From contig OZ024764.1 of the NCBI GenBank assembly GCA_964016885.1, positions 1,674,001-1,738,000 of the forward strand: a DNA stretch of 64,000 nucleotides, given 5' to 3'. Origin of the DNA: Eledone cirrhosa. Lineage: Eukaryota. A model generated the notes under the pieces. It worked only from the letters and a program-made list of their open reading frames with translations. It made no database searches and was not told where the DNA came from. Made by a program: the position numbers and the translations under genes. Within the stretch, counting starts at the first letter, position 1. Each line of letters opens with the position of its first letter. Of the stretch, positions 1 to 14,479 are shown in pieces.

Positions 1-222
1 CCCCTGGGGACAGTAACATCAATAAGCTGGCATTTACACCTATTTCTCTGCACAACTACATTATTATAATTAATTGTAAACTTCCTATGAATTCTGCTTT
101 GTTCCTACCTCATGCCGAGTGGCAGCTTGGCAGTTGAGCAGGTAAAATTTCATAATACACACTTTTAATTGTCACAAAAATGATGCCACAAACAACAGTA
201 AATGTCTTTGAAAGGTATTTAA

Positions 223-1523
223 CTCTTCAGCACTTAAACCAGCCATATCTGGCCAGAATACTCTCACCTCTTTCTGTTCAAACCAGCTATAACCGTGCAC
301 TCATACTTATGTTAAGGTATTGTTCTCAAAATAAATAATATCAAAATCTCAAATATTCAATATTATCTGAGATAATTATATGAGATAAAGCCTTTACTGT
401 GAAAATACAATAGTATATATAGAGTAATGTAAATGTTATGTGAGATATTATGTGAGGTAAAGCCTTTACTGTGAAAATACAATAGTATATATAGAGTAAT
501 GTAAATGTTATGTGAGATATTATGTGAGGTAAAGCCTTTACTGTGACAATACAATAGTATATATAGAGTAATGTAAATGTTATGTGAGATATTATGTGAG
601 GTAAAGACTTTACTGTGACAATACAATAGTATATATAGAGTAATGTAAATGTTATGTGAGATATTATGTGAGGTAAAGCCTTTACTGTGAAAATACAATA
701 GTATATATAGAGTAATGTAAATGTTATGTGAGATATTATACGAGGTAAAGCCTTTACTGTGACAATATAATAGTATATATAGAGTAATGTAAATGCTATG
801 TGAGATATTATGTGAGGTAGAGCCTTTACTGTGAAAATACAATAGTATATATAGAGTAATGTAAATGTTATGTGAGGTATTATGTAAGGTAAAGCCTTTA
901 CTGTTAAAATACAATAGTATATATAGAGTAATGTAAATGTTATGTGAGATATTATGTAAGGTAAAGCCTTTACTGTGAAAATACAATAGTATATATAGAG
1001 TAATGTAAATGTTATGTGAGATATTATGTGAGGTAAAGCCTTTACTGTGAAAATACAATAGTATATATAGATTAATGTAAATGTTATGTGAGGTATTATG
1101 TGAGGTAAAGCCTTTACTGTTAAAATACAATAGTATATATAGAGTAATGTAAATGTTATGTGAGGTATTATGTAAGGTAAAGCCTTTACTGTGAAAATAC
1201 AATAGTATATATAGAGTAATGTAAATGTTATGTGAGATATTATGTGAGGTAAAGCCTTTACTGTGACAATACAATAGTATATATAGAGTAATGTAAATGT
1301 TATGTGAGATATTATGTGAGGTAAAGACTTTACTGTGACAATACAATAGCATATATAGAGTAATGTAAATGTTATGTGAGATATTATGTGAGGTAAAGCC
1401 TTTACTGTGACAATACAATAGTATATATAGAGTAATGTAAATGTTATGTGAGATATTATGTGAGGTAAAGCCTTTACTGTGAAAATACAATAGTATATAT
1501 AGAGTAATGTAAATGCTAAAGAG
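223..1523 (+). mobile_element. TTAA-flanked (piggyBac-like) non-autonomous element carrying an internal 72-bp tandem array
   Basis: TTAA at 219-222 and 1524-1527; terminal inverted repeats CTCTTCAGCACTTA / TAAATGCTAAAGAG; about 16 x 72-bp units at about 375-1515, which explain the 24-aa-repeat ORFs. Confidence 0.8.
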
Positions 1524-1609
1524 TTAATCCACACATTTCACAAACAATTGTCTTACAAATTATGCCACAAGGACACAAACAACAGTAAATGTCTTTACAA
1601 GGTATATAA

Positions 1610-1780
1610 ATTGATAAAACCCTTCTTAGTACTTGGACAGTACCAGTCAGCACTGTATCTCTTGCAGAGAGAGATGGCTCTCTGGCTATCTGGTCCAAAT
1701 TGTTTTCAGTTCCCTTTTGTATCAATCCAAGTACACCAATCATCACTGGTATTGTACAGGCCTTCAGATGCCAAATTATA
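1610..1780 (-). mobile_element. 3' fragment of an RLE-type (R4/Dong-like) non-LTR retrotransposon
   Basis: IPVMIGVLGLIQKGTENNLDQI...VLTGTVQVLRRVLSI resembles the PV.IGALG...LGTA.ILRR.L C-terminus of R4/Dong elements. Confidence 0.6.
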
Positions 1781-1842
1781 TTATTGTTGTTGTTATTATT
1801 AGAGCAGTGAATTGGCAGTAATTAGCAGAGCATTGTACATGT

Positions 1843-2750
1843 TTTCCTCAGACATTCTAACCACATGTCTGTAGTATCAGAGCTGTTATCTCTCAATTCA
1901 GAGATTCTTTCCTCAGACATTCTAACCACATGTCTGTAGTATCAGACCTGTGATCTCTCAATTCAGAGATTCTTTCCTGAGACATTCTAACCACATGTCT
2001 GTAGTATCAGAGCAGTGATCTCTCAATCCAGAGATTCTTTCCTGAGACATTCTAACCACATGTCTGTAGTATCAGAGCTGTGATCTCTCAATTCAGAGAT
2101 ACTTTCCTGAGACATTCTAACCACATGTCTGTAGTATCAGAGCAGTGATCTCTCAGTCCAGAGATTCTTTCCTGAGACATTCTAACCACATGTCTGTAGT
2201 ATCAGAGCTGTGATCTCTCAATTCAGAGATTCTTTCCTCAGACATTCTAACCACATGTCTGTAGTATCAGAGCTGTGATCTCTCAATTCAGAGATACTTT
2301 CCTGAGACATTCTAACCACATGTCTGTAGTATCAGAGCAGTGATCTCTCAATCCAGAGATTCTTTCCTGAGACATTCTAACCACATGTCTGTAGTATCAG
2401 AGCTGTGATCTCTCAATTCAGAGATTTTTCCTCAGACATTCTAACCACATGTCTGTAGTATCAGAGCTGTGATCTTTCAATCCAGAGATTCTTTCCTCAG
2501 ACATTCTAACCACATGTCTGTAGTATCAGAGTTGTGATCTCTCAATTCAAAGATTCTTTCCTGAGACATTCTAACCACATGTCTGTAGTATCAGAGCTGT
2601 GGTCTCTCAATTCAGAGATTCTTTCCTGAGACATTCTAACTACATGTCTGTAGTATCAGAGCTGTGGTCTCTCAATTCAGAGATTCTTTCCTGAGACATT
2701 CTAACTACATGTCTGTAGTATCAGAGCTGTGATCTCTCAATTCAGAGAAG
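1843..2750 (-). repeat. 65-bp tandem array (about 14 units) amplified from RTE ORF2
   Basis: Unit reads IERSQL*YYRHVVRMSQERI on the minus strand and is continuous with the adjacent RTE fragment. Confidence 0.85.
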
Positions 2751-3570
2751 TAGTGGCTCTTTTATCTCCGAGCTATTCATTCTATTGAGTAATGTTACCC
2801 CAAGGGCTCTTCAGAGGAACCCCATTTCAGTCACTTATATTCGCAATCGTATTCTTTCGGTCATTACCCAAGATTAATGACCGTAGGTAAGGGTTGTCAC
2901 GAAAACTGAATTGAAGATAGCAAGTTTGGCTTTTACACCTACCTCCCTTCTGCTGTTTACTGAATGCTGAAGTTGGTACATTACTGCACCAGCTCCTGCA
3001 ATTCTTGCTCTTAAATTAGCCTCCTGCCTTCCATCACTCGCGAAAACGGCCCTGAGGTACTTGAACTTCTCTACCTGCTTCAGTGGAACTCCATTCACAT
3101 GCAGAGTGCATCTCGCACAGGCTTCCTTGAGAAGACGGGTGTCTCGGTTTTCACAGCACTGATTTTCATTCCAGCCATGTAGCACTCAGCATCAAACCTA
3201 TCGAGTGCAATTCGGAGATCACCTTCTGTTGAGTTAAGTAACACCATATCGTCTGCAAACTTCAGATGACTGATTTTACACCTGCCAGTCGTGATACCAC
3301 TTCCAACCTGGCCGTGTATGTCAATCCTGTTCGTGAAAGTAATGAACAGGGGAGGTGACAGTACGCACCCTTGGCGGAGTCTAACACTTTCTTCAGTAGA
3401 ACTCCATTCACATGTAGAGTGCACTGCACAGGCTTTCTTGAGAGGACGAGTGTCTCAGTTTCTGCAGCCCTGATCTTCAGTCCAGTCATGCAGTATTCTC
3501 ACACGGCATCAAACCTGCCAAGTACAAGTCAGAGATCACCTTCTGTTGAGTTAAGTAACACCATGGTCAG
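2750..3570 (-). mobile_element. Degenerate RTE-clade LINE reverse transcriptase fragment with internal duplication
   Basis: LRQGCVLSPPLF, FADDMVLL, QVEKFKYL and TLTYGH motifs; about 3095-3250 is repeated at about 3400-3570. Confidence 0.9.
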
Positions 3571-3579
3571 CTTGCAACA

Positions 3580-5430
3580 AGATAGATCAAGTTTGGAGCT
3601 CAAATCTTTCCAACCACACCAAGATCAGACTCTTCCAAGTCACAATTCAACCAATCTTGCTATATGGAAGTGAAACATGGACGCTTTCATCCAAACAACA
3701 AAAGCACCTTGATGGCACCTACACTACTGCTACTACTACTACCTTGATGGCACTTACACTACTACTACTACCTTGATGTCACCTACACTAGTGCTACTAC
3801 TACTACTACCTTGATGGCACCTACACTACTGCTACTACTACTACTACTACTACCTTGATGGCACCTACACTACTGCTATTACTACTACCTTGATGTCACC
3901 TACACTACTACTACTACTACCACCTTGATGGCACCTACACTACTACTACTACTACCACCTTGATGGCACCTACACTACTGCTACTACTACTACTACCTTG
4001 ATGGCACCTACACTACTACTACTACTACCACCTTGATGGCACCTACACTACTACTACTACTATTACTACTTCCTTGATGGCACCTACACTACTGCTACTA
4101 CTACTACTACCTTGATGGCACCTACACTACTACTACTACTACTACCTTGATGGCACCTACACTACTACTACTACTACTACTACTACCTTGATGGCACCTA
4201 CACTACTGCTACTACTACTACTACCTTGATGTCACCTACACTACTGCTACTACTACTACTACCTTGATGGCACCTACACTACTACTACTACTACCACCTT
4301 GATGGCACCTACACTACTACTACTACTACTACTTCCTTGATGGCACCTACACTACTACTACTACTACCACCTTGATGGCACCTACACTACTACTACTACC
4401 ACTACTACCTTGATGGCACCTACACTACTACTACTACTACTACCTTGATGTCACCTACACTACTACTACCACTACTACCACCTTGATGGCACCTACACTA
4501 CTACTACTACTACTACCTTGATGTCACCTACACTACTACCACTACTACCACCTTGATGGCACCTACACTACTACTACTACTACCACCTTGATGGCACCTA
4601 CACTACTACTACTACCTTGATGTCACCTACACTACTGCTACTACTACTACTACCTTGATGTCACCTACACTACTACTACTACTACCTTGATGGCACCTAC
4701 ACTACTACTACTACCACTACTACCTTGATGGCACCTACACTACTACTACCACTACTACCTTGATGTCACCTACACTCGCCTGCTTCAGCACATTCAGAAC
4801 AAAAGCTGGTGACATCTGACTTTGAGAGAGATATATACCGGCCTCCCATTTATATCTGTCATACGTTAGAGGAGAGTAAGATTTGCTGGCCACTGCCATC
4901 GTGCCACCTCTGAGGCTGTGTCCCCATTAGTATTTTGGAAACCACAAGCAGTCACTAATAACAGGGGCCACAAGCTCTCTTATCCCAATTTGCTGGCCAC
5001 TGCCATCGTGCCACCTCTGAGGCTGTGTCCCCATTAGGGCTTTAGAAACCACAAGCAGTCACTAATAACAGGGGCCACATGCTCTCTTATCCCAATTTGC
5101 TGGCCACTGCCATCGTGCCACCTCTGAGGCTGTGTCCCCATTAGGGCTTTAGAAACCACAAGCAGTCACTAATAACAGGGGCCACAAGCTCTCTTATCCC
5201 AATTTGCTGGCCACTGCCATCGTGCCACCTCTGAGGCTGTGTCCCCATTAGTGCTTTAGAAACCAGTCACTAATAACAGGGGCCACAAGCTCTCCCATCC
5301 TGATGTCATCTCCAGAGATTCTGGTATTGAAATCCAGGACTTGGCAACGGCAATGAACGACAGACCCACGTGGAGATCAATTGTTGAGTCCATTTCAGCT
5401 GAGCCCCCCCCCCCCCCTCCAGATGATGAA
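3580..5430 (+). mobile_element. RTE-like LINE 3' fragment with two internal tandem expansions
   Basis: PILLYGSETWTLSSKQQKHLDGTYT..RLL..RVRFAGHCHR..AMNDRPTWRSIV; interrupted by a ccttgatggcacctaca(cta)n minisatellite (about 3707-4776) and an approximately 110-bp tandem repeat (about 4880-5295). Confidence 0.8.
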
Positions 5431-5482
5431 CATATTTCAATAAATAAGCAACAAAGGGGAGATAATTAATAGTGAAAGAGGT

Positions 5483-5575
5483 TTTATTTATTTAATTTAA
5501 ATATATTAATACATAACAACATCTGCAGAAATATTTGGTGGTTGACAGTGGTAGGGAATGGAAAAAGGGTTTATT
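5483..5575 (-). terminator. Candidate EMC6 polyadenylation signals
   Basis: AATAAA on the minus strand at 5570-5575 and overlapping copies at 5483-5492, about 230-310 nt after the stop codon. Confidence 0.55.
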
Positions 5576-5800
5576 GGGGGCCAGACAGACTAACTGTGGT
5601 GGAAAAGAGGTTATTAGGGGTCAGACAGACTAATTGTAGTAGAAAAGGGGTTATTAGAGGCCAGACAGTGACTGTAGTGTCCATAGAAAGTGGATAACAT
5701 TGTATGTGTGTGTGTGTGAAGGGGGAGTTATGTACAAAAGGGGGTGGTGGCAGCATTTGAAGGCTGTGCTGTGGGTCGGTCCCTTCTCGCAAGTGAAACA

Positions 5801-5831
5801 TCAGTAAACATGAACCATTCCGTAGAGAAAT
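5801..5831 (-). CDS. EMC6: EMC6 terminal coding exon ((T)FLYGMVHVY-stop)
   Basis: cacag|A TTT CTC TAC GGA ATG GTT CAT GTT TAC TGA matches the conserved EMC6 C-terminus; phase 2 matches the microexon; total CDS 351 nt. Confidence 0.96.
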
Positions 5832-6079
5832 CTGTGAATATTTAAGGAGAAGAACAGGAAGAAAAAAACACACAGACATATATATGTATATGTGAAACAC
5901 AAATTTTAATAATTTTGAAAACCTTACAATGCATTAGAAAAAAAATTAAGATTGCTAACATAACAAAAGAATCTTACCTTAGCAAATTTGATAATCCCAA
6001 ATATTTCTGGGTTTAAAAACCTATTATCAAGGGACTATCCCTACTTCCAATCAATATTTTAAGTCTCTCATAGGGATAC

Positions 6080-9000
6080 TCCATTGGTCTTTCCATTACT
6101 GATACTATCTGTCAGTCACAACTCCTGGCAGAAGAAAGGAGCTGATCATCAGATCAGACCAAGGAAACAATGTCTCCATTGGTCTTTCCATTACTGATAC
6201 TATCTGTCTGTCACAACTCCTGGCAGAAGAAAGGAGCTGATCATCAGATCAGACCAAGGAAACAATGTCTCCATTGGTCTTTCCATTACTGATACTATCT
6301 GTCAGTCACAACTCTTGGCAGAAGAAAGGAGCTGATCATCAGATCAGACCAAGGAAACAATGTCTCCATTGGTCTTTCCATTACTGATACTATCTGTCAG
6401 TCACAACTCTTGGCAGAAGAAAGGAGCTGATCATCAGATCAGACCAAGGAAACAATGTCTCCATTGGTCTTTCCATTACTGATACTATCTGTCAGTCACA
6501 ACTCTTGGCAGAAGAAAGGAGCTGATCATCAGATCAGACCAAGGAAACAATGTCTCCATTGGTCTTTCCATTACTGATACTATCTGTCAGTCACAACTCT
6601 TGGCAGAAGAAAGGAGCTGATCATCAGATCAGACCAAGGAAACAATGTCTCCATTGGTCTTTCCATTACTGATACTATCTGTCAGTCACAACTCTTGGCA
6701 GAAGAAAGGAGCTGATCATCAGATCAGACCAAGGAAACAATGTCTCCATTGGTCTTTCCATTACTGATACTATCTGTCAGTCACAACTCCTGGTAGAAGA
6801 AAGGAGCTGATCATCAGATCAGACCAAGGAAACAATGTCTCCATTAGTCTTTCCATTACTGATACTATCTGTCTGTCACAACTCCTGGCAGAAGAAAGGA
6901 GCTGATCATCAGATCAGACCAAGGAAACAACGTCTCCATTGGTCTTTCCATTACTGATACTATCTGTCAGTCACAACTCCTGACAGAAGAAAGGAGCTGA
7001 TCATCAGATCAGACCAAGGAAACATTGTCTCCATTGGTCTTTCCATTACTGATACTATCTGTCAGTCACAACTCTTGGCAGAAGAAAGGAGCTGATTATC
7101 AGATCAGACCAAGGAAACAATGTCTCCATTGGTCTTTCCATTACTGATACTATCTGTCAGTCACAACTCTTGGCAGAAGAAAGGAGCTGATCATCAGATC
7201 AGACCAAGGAAACAATGTCTCCATTGGTCTTTCCATTACTGATACTATCTGTCAGTCACAACTCTTGGCAGAAGAAAGGAGCTGATCATCAGATCAGACC
7301 AAGGAAACAATGTCTCCATTGGTCTTTCCATTACTGATACTATCTGTCAGTCACAACTCCTGGTAGAAGAAAGGAGCTGATCATCAGATCAGACCAAGGA
7401 AACAATGTCTCCATTAGTCTTTCCATTACTGATACTATCTGTCTGTCACAACTCCTGGCAGAAGAAAGGAGCTGATAGTCAGATCAGGCCAAGGAAACAA
7501 TGTCTCCATTGGTCTTTCCATTACTGATACTATCTGTCAGTCACAACTCCTGGCAGAAGAAAGGAGCTGATCATCAGATCAGACCAAGGAAACAATGTCT
7601 CCATTGGTCTTTCCATTACTGATACTATCTGTCTGTCACAACTCCTGGCAGAAGAAAGGAGCTGATCATCAGATCAGACCAAGGAAACAATGTCTCCATT
7701 GGTCTTTCCATTACTGATACTATCTGTCAGTCACAACTCTTGGCAGAAGAAAGGAGCTGATCATCAGATCAGACCAAGGAAACAATGTCTCCATTGGTCT
7801 TTCCATTACTGATACTATCTGTCAGTCACAACTCTTGGCAGAAGAAAGGAGCTGATCATCAGATCAGACCAAGGAAACAATGTCTCCATTGGTCTTTCCA
7901 TTACTGATACTATCTGTCTGTCACAACTCCTGGCAGAAGAAAGGAGCTGATCATCAGATCAGACCAAGGAAACAATGTCTCCATTGGTCTTTCCATTACT
8001 GATACTATCTGTCAGTCACAACTCTTGGCAGAAGAAAGGAGCTGATCATCAGATCAGACCAAGGAAACAATGTCTCCATTGGTCTTTCCATTACTGATAC
8101 TATCTGTCAGTCACAACTCTTGGCAGAAGAAAGGAGCTGATCATCAGATCAGACCAAGGAAACAATGTCTCCATTGGTCTTTCCATTACTGATACTATCT
8201 GTCAGTCACAACTCTTGGCAGAAGAAAGGAGCTGATCATCAGATCAGACCAAGGAAACAATGTCTCCATTGGTCTTTCCATTACTGATACTATCTGTCAG
8301 TCACAACTCTTGGCAGAAGAAAGGAGCTGATCATCAGATCAGACCAAGGAAACAATGTCTCCATTGGTCTTTCCATTACTGATACTATCTGTCAGTCACA
8401 ACTCTTGGCAGAAGAAAGGAGCTGATCATCAGATCAGACCAAGGAAACAATGTCTCCATTGGTCTTTCCATTACTGATACTATCTGTCAGTCACAACTCC
8501 TGGTAGAAGAAAGGAGCTGATCATCAGATCAGACCAAGGAAACAATGTCTCCATTAGTCTTTCCATTACTGATACTATCTGTCTGTCACAACTCCTGGCA
8601 GAAGAAAGGAGCTGATCATCAGATCAGACCAAGGAAACAACGTCTCCATTGGTCTTTCCATTACTGATACTATCTGTCAGTCACAACTCCTGACAGAAGA
8701 AAGGAGCTGATCATCAGATCAGACCAAGGAAACATTGTCTCCATTGGTCTTTCCATTACTGATACTATCTGTCAGTCACAACTCTTGGCAGAAGAAAGGA
8801 GCTGATTATCAGATCAGACCAAGGAAACAATGTCTCCATTGGTCTTTCCATTACTGATACTATCTGTCAGTCACAACTCTTGGCAGAAGAAAGGAGCTGA
8901 TCATCAGATCAGACCAAGGAAACAATGTCTCCATTGGTCTTTCCATTACTGATACTATCTGTCAGTCACAACTCTTGGCAGAAGAAAGGAGCTGATCATC

Positions 9001-12000
9001 AGATCAGACCAAGGAAACAATGTCTCCATTGGTCTTTCCATTACTGATACTATCTGTCAGTCACAACTCCTGGTAGAAGAAAGGAGCTGATCATCAGATC
9101 AGACCAAGGAAACAATGTCTCCATTAGTCTTTCCATTACTGATACTATCTGTCTGTCACAACTCCTGGCAGAAGAAAGGAGCTGATAGTCAGATCAGGCC
9201 AAGGAAACAATGTCTCCATTGGTCTTTCCATTACTGATACTATCTGTCAGTCACAACTCCTGGCAGAAGAAAGGAGCTGATCATCAGATCAGACCAAGGA
9301 AACAATGTCTCCATTGGTCTTTCCATTACTGATACTATCTGTCAGTCACAACTCCTGACAGAAGAAAGGAGCTGATCATCAGATCAGACCAAGGAAACAA
9401 TGTCTCCATTAGTCTTTCCATTACTGATACTATCTGTCAGTCACAACTCCTGGCAGAAGAAAGGAGCTGATCATCAGATCAGACCAAGGAAACAATGTCT
9501 CCATTGGTCTTTCCATTACTGATACTATCTGTCAGTCACAACTCCTGGCAGAAGAAAGGAGCTGACCATCAGATCAGACCAAGGAAACAACGTCTCCATT
9601 GGTCTTTCCATTACTGATACTATCTGTCAGTCACAACTCCTGGCAGAAGAAAGGAGCTGATCATCAGATCAGACCAAGGAAACAGTGTTTCCATTGGTCT
9701 TTTCATTACTGATACTATCTGTCAGTCACAACTCCTGGCAGAAGAAAGGAGCTGATCATCAGATCAGACCAAGGAAACAATGTTTCCATTGGTCTTTCCA
9801 TTACTGATACTATCTGTTGGTCACAACTCCTGGCAGAAGAAAGGAGCTGATCATCAGATCAGACCAAGGAAACAATGTTTCCATTGGTCTTTCCATTACT
9901 GATACTATCTGTTGGTCACAACTCCTGGCAGAAGAAAGGAGCTGATCATCAGATCAGACCAAGGAAACAATGTTTCCATTGGTCTTTCCATTACTGATAC
10001 TATCTGTTGGTCACAACTCCTGGCAGAAGAAAGGAGCTGATCATCAGATCAGACCAAGGAAACAATGTTTCCATTGGTCTTTTCATTACTGATACTATCT
10101 GTCAGTCACAACTCCTGACAGAAGAAAGGAGCTGATCATCAGATCAGACCAAGGAAACAATATCTCCATTGGTCTTTCCATTACTGATACTATCTGTCTG
10201 TCACAACTGCTGGCAGAAGAAAGGAGCTGATCATCAGATCAGACCAAGGAAACAATGTCTCCATTGGTCTTTCCATTACTGATACTATCTGTCAGTCACA
10301 ACTCCTGACAGAAGAAAGGAGCTGATCATCAGATCAGACCAAGGAAACAATATCTCCATTGGTCTTTCCATTACTGATACTATCTGTCAGTCACAACTCC
10401 TGACAGAAGAAAGGAGCTGATCATCAGATCAGACCAAGGAAACAATGTTTTCATTGGTCTTTCCATTACTGATACTATCTGTCAGTCACAACTCCTGGCA
10501 GAAGAAAGGAGCTGATCATCAGATCAGACCAAGGAAACAATGTCTCCATTGGTCTTTCCATTACTGATACTATCTGTCTGTCACAACTCTTGGCAGAAGA
10601 AAGGTGCTGATCATCAGATCAGACCAAGGAAACAATGTCTCCATTGGTCTTTCCATTACTGATACCATCTGTCAGTCACAACACCTGGCAGAAGAAAGGA
10701 GCTGATCATCAGATCAGACCAAGGAAACAATGTCTCCATTGGTCTTCCCATTACTGATACTATCTGTCTGTCACAACTCCTGGCAGAAGAAAGGAGCTGA
10801 TCATCAGATCAGACCAAGGAAACAACGTCTCCATTGGTCTTTCCATTACTGATACTATCTGTCAGTCACAACTCCTGACAGAAGAAAGGAGCTGATCATC
10901 AGATCAGACCAAGGAAACATTGTCTCCATTGGTCTTTCCATTACTGATACTATCTGTCAGTCACAACTCTTGGCAGAAGAAAGGAGCTGATTATCAGATC
11001 AGACCAAGGAAACAATGTCTCCATTGGTCTTTCCATTACTGATACTATCTGTCAGTCACAACTCTTGGCAGAAGAAAGGAGCTGATCATCAGATCAGACC
11101 AAGGAAACAATGTCTCCATTGGTCTTTCCATTACTGATACTATCTGTCAGTCACAACTCTTGGCAGAAGAAAGGAGCTGATCATCAGATCAGACCAAGGA
11201 AACAATGTCTCCATTGGTCTTTCCATTACTGATACTATCTGTCAGTCACAACTCCTGGTAGAAGAAAGGAGCTGATCATCAGATCAGACCAAGGAAACAA
11301 TGTCTCCATTAGTCTTTCCATTACTGATACTATCTGTCTGTCACAACTCCTGGCAGAAGAAAGGAGCTGATAGTCAGATCAGGCCAAGGAAACAATGTCT
11401 CCATTGGTCTTTCCATTACTGATACTATCTGTCAGTCACAACTCCTGGCAGAAGAAAGGAGCTGATCATCAGATCAGACCAAGGAAACAATGTCTCCATT
11501 GGTCTTTCCATTACTGATACTATCTGTCAGTCACAACTCCTGACAGAAGAAAGGAGCTGATCATCAGATCAGACCAAGGAAACAATGTCTCCATTAGTCT
11601 TTCCATTACTGATACTATCTGTCAGTCACAACTCCTGGCAGAAGAAAGGAGCTGATCATCAGATCAGACCAAGGAAACAATGTCTCCATTGGTCTTTCCA
11701 TTACTGATACTATCTGTCAGTCACAACTCCTGGCAGAAGAAAGGAGCTGACCATCAGATCAGACCAAGGAAACAACGTCTCCATTGGTCTTTCCATTACT
11801 GATACTATCTGTCAGTCACAACTCCTGGCAGAAGAAAGGAGCTGATCATCAGATCAGACCAAGGAAACAGTGTTTCCATTGGTCTTTTCATTACTGATAC
11901 TATCTGTCAGTCACAACTCCTGGCAGAAGAAAGGAGCTGATCATCAGATCAGACCAAGGAAACAATGTTTCCATTGGTCTTTCCATTACTGATACTATCT

Positions 12001-14290
12001 GTTGGTCACAACTCCTGGCAGAAGAAAGGAGCTGATCATCAGATCAGACCAAGGAAACAATGTTTCCATTGGTCTTTCCATTACTGATACTATCTGTTGG
12101 TCACAACTCCTGGCAGAAGAAAGGAGCTGATCATCAGATCAGACCAAGGAAACAATGTTTCCATTGGTCTTTCCATTACTGATACTATCTGTTGGTCACA
12201 ACTCCTGGCAGAAGAAAGGAGCTGATCATCAGATCAGACCAAGGAAACAATGTTTCCATTGGTCTTTTCATTACTGATACTATCTGTCAGTCACAACTCC
12301 TGACAGAAGAAAGGAGCTGATCATCAGATCAGACCAAGGAAACAATATCTCCATTGGTCTTTCCATTACTGATACTATCTGTCTGTCACAACTGCTGGCA
12401 GAAGAAAGGAGCTGATCATCAGATCAGACCAAGGAAACAATGTCTCCATTGGTCTTTCCATTACTGATACTATCTGTCAGTCACAACTCCTGACAGAAGA
12501 AAGGAGCTGATCATCAGATCAGACCAAGGAAACAATATCTCCATTGGTCTTTCCATTACTGATACTATCTGTCAGTCACAACTCCTGACAGAAGAAAGGA
12601 GCTGATCATCAGATCAGACCAAGGAAACAATGTTTTCATTGGTCTTTCCATTACTGATACTATCTGTCAGTCACAACTCCTGGCAGAAGAAAGGAGCTGA
12701 TCATCAGATCAGACCAAGGAAACAATGTCTCCATTGGTCTTTCCATTACTGATACTATCTGTCTGTCACAACTCTTGGCAGAAGAAAGGAGCTGATCATC
12801 AGATCAGACCAAGGAAACAATGTCTCCATTGGTCTTTCCATTACTGATACCATCTGTCAGTCACAACACCTGGCAGAAGAAAGGAGCTGATCATCAGATC
12901 AGACCAAGGAAACAATGTCTCCATTGGTCTTCCCATTACTGATACTATCTGTCTGTCACAACTCCTGGCAGAAGAAAGGAGCTGATCATCAGATCAGACC
13001 AAGGAAACAATGTCTCCATTGGTCTTTCCATTACTGATACTATCTGTCAGTCACAACTCCTGGCAGAAGAAAGGAGCTGATCATCAGATCAGACCAAGGA
13101 AACAATGTCTCCATTGGTCTTTCCATTACTGATACTATCTGTCAGTCACAACACCTGGCAGAAGAAAGGAGCTGATCATCAGATCAGACCAAGGAAACAA
13201 TGTCTCCATTGGTCTTTCCATTACTGATACTATCTGTCTGTCACAACTCCTGGCAGAAGAAAGGAGCTGATCATCAGATCAGACCAAGGAAACAATGTCT
13301 CCATTGGTCTTCCCATTACTGATACTATCTGTCAGTCACAACTCCTGACAGAAGAAAGGAACTGATCATCAGATCAGACCAAGGAAACAATGTCTCCATT
13401 GGTCTTTCCATTACTGATACTATCTGTTGGTCACAACTCCTGGCAGAAGAAAGGAGCTGATCATCAGATCAGACCAAGGAAACAATGTCTCCATTGGTCT
13501 TTCCATTACTGATACTATCTGTCAGTCACAACACCTGACAGAAGAAAGGAGCTGATCATCAGATCAGACCAAGGAAACAATGTCTCCATTGGTCTTTCCA
13601 TTACTGATACTATCTGTCAGTCACAACACCTGACAGAAGAAAGGAACTGATCATCAGATCAGACCAAGGAAACAATGTCTCCATTGGTCTTTCCATTACT
13701 GATACTATCTGTTGGTCACAACTCCTGGCAGAAGAAAGGAGCTGATCATCAGATCAGACCAAGGAAACAATGTCTCCATTGGTCTTTCCATTACTGATAC
13801 TATCTGTCAGTCACAACTCCTGGCAGAAGAAAGGAGCTGATCATCAGATCAGACCAAGGAAACAATATCTCCATTGGTCTTTCCATTACTGATACTATCT
13901 GTTAGTCACAACTCCTGGCAGAAGAAAGGAGCTGATCATCAGATCAGACCAAGGAAACAATGTTTCCATTGGTCTTTCCATTACTGATACTATCTGTCAG
14001 TCACAACTCCTGGCAGAAGAAAGGAGCTGATCATCAGATCAGACCAAGGAAACAATGTCTCCATTGGTCTTTCCATTACTGATACTATCTGTCAGTCACA
14101 ACTCCTGGTAGAAGAAAGGAACTGATCATCAGATCAGACCAAGGAAACAATGTCTCCATTGGTCTTTCCATTACTGATACTATCTGTCAGTCACAACTCC
14201 TAACAGAAGAAAGGAGCTGATCATCAGATCAGACCAAGGAAACAATGTCTCCATTGGTCTTTCCATTACTGATACTATCTGTTGGTCACA
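6080..14290. repeat. 95-bp satellite, about 86 units, with higher-order blocks
   Basis: Period 95 (ggtctttcca at 6086, 6181, 6276); a rare variant gatagtcagatcaggcc recurs about 1710 and about 2185 bp apart. Confidence 0.97.
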
Positions 14291-14479
14291 TGTCCTGGTC
14301 TGGAAATCAATCTCATAACCTCATAAGTGTCAACCCAATTCTCTAACCACTAAACCATGTACCATTGTTAAAAACCATCATTATCTGTAAATCTCATCTA
14401 CTGAACGTTGTGGGGTGTAGGTGGGTGGGTATGAGCATGGGTGGGGGGTGGCCGTAATTACCACAATTAGCAAGAGTGT

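Noticed and set aside
341-1534. Long ORFs of 375-416 aa here and at 18111-19292 and 60976-62230
   Set aside because: They are stop-free frames of a 72-bp (multiple of 3) repeat within a MITE, open in two frames with no protein homology.
3707-4776. CRISPR-like look (constant repeat with variable spacers), also at 21818-22960
   Set aside because: The spacers are just variable microsatellite runs, the context is eukaryotic, and there are no cas genes.
6080-14290. 95-bp unit as a tandem hammerhead retrozyme (minus strand has CTGATGA, GAAA and a good stem III)
   Set aside because: The would-be cleavage triplet is CUG, which violates NUH. Stem II is not closed next to GAAA, and only 2 nt separate the site from the next CUGAUGA.
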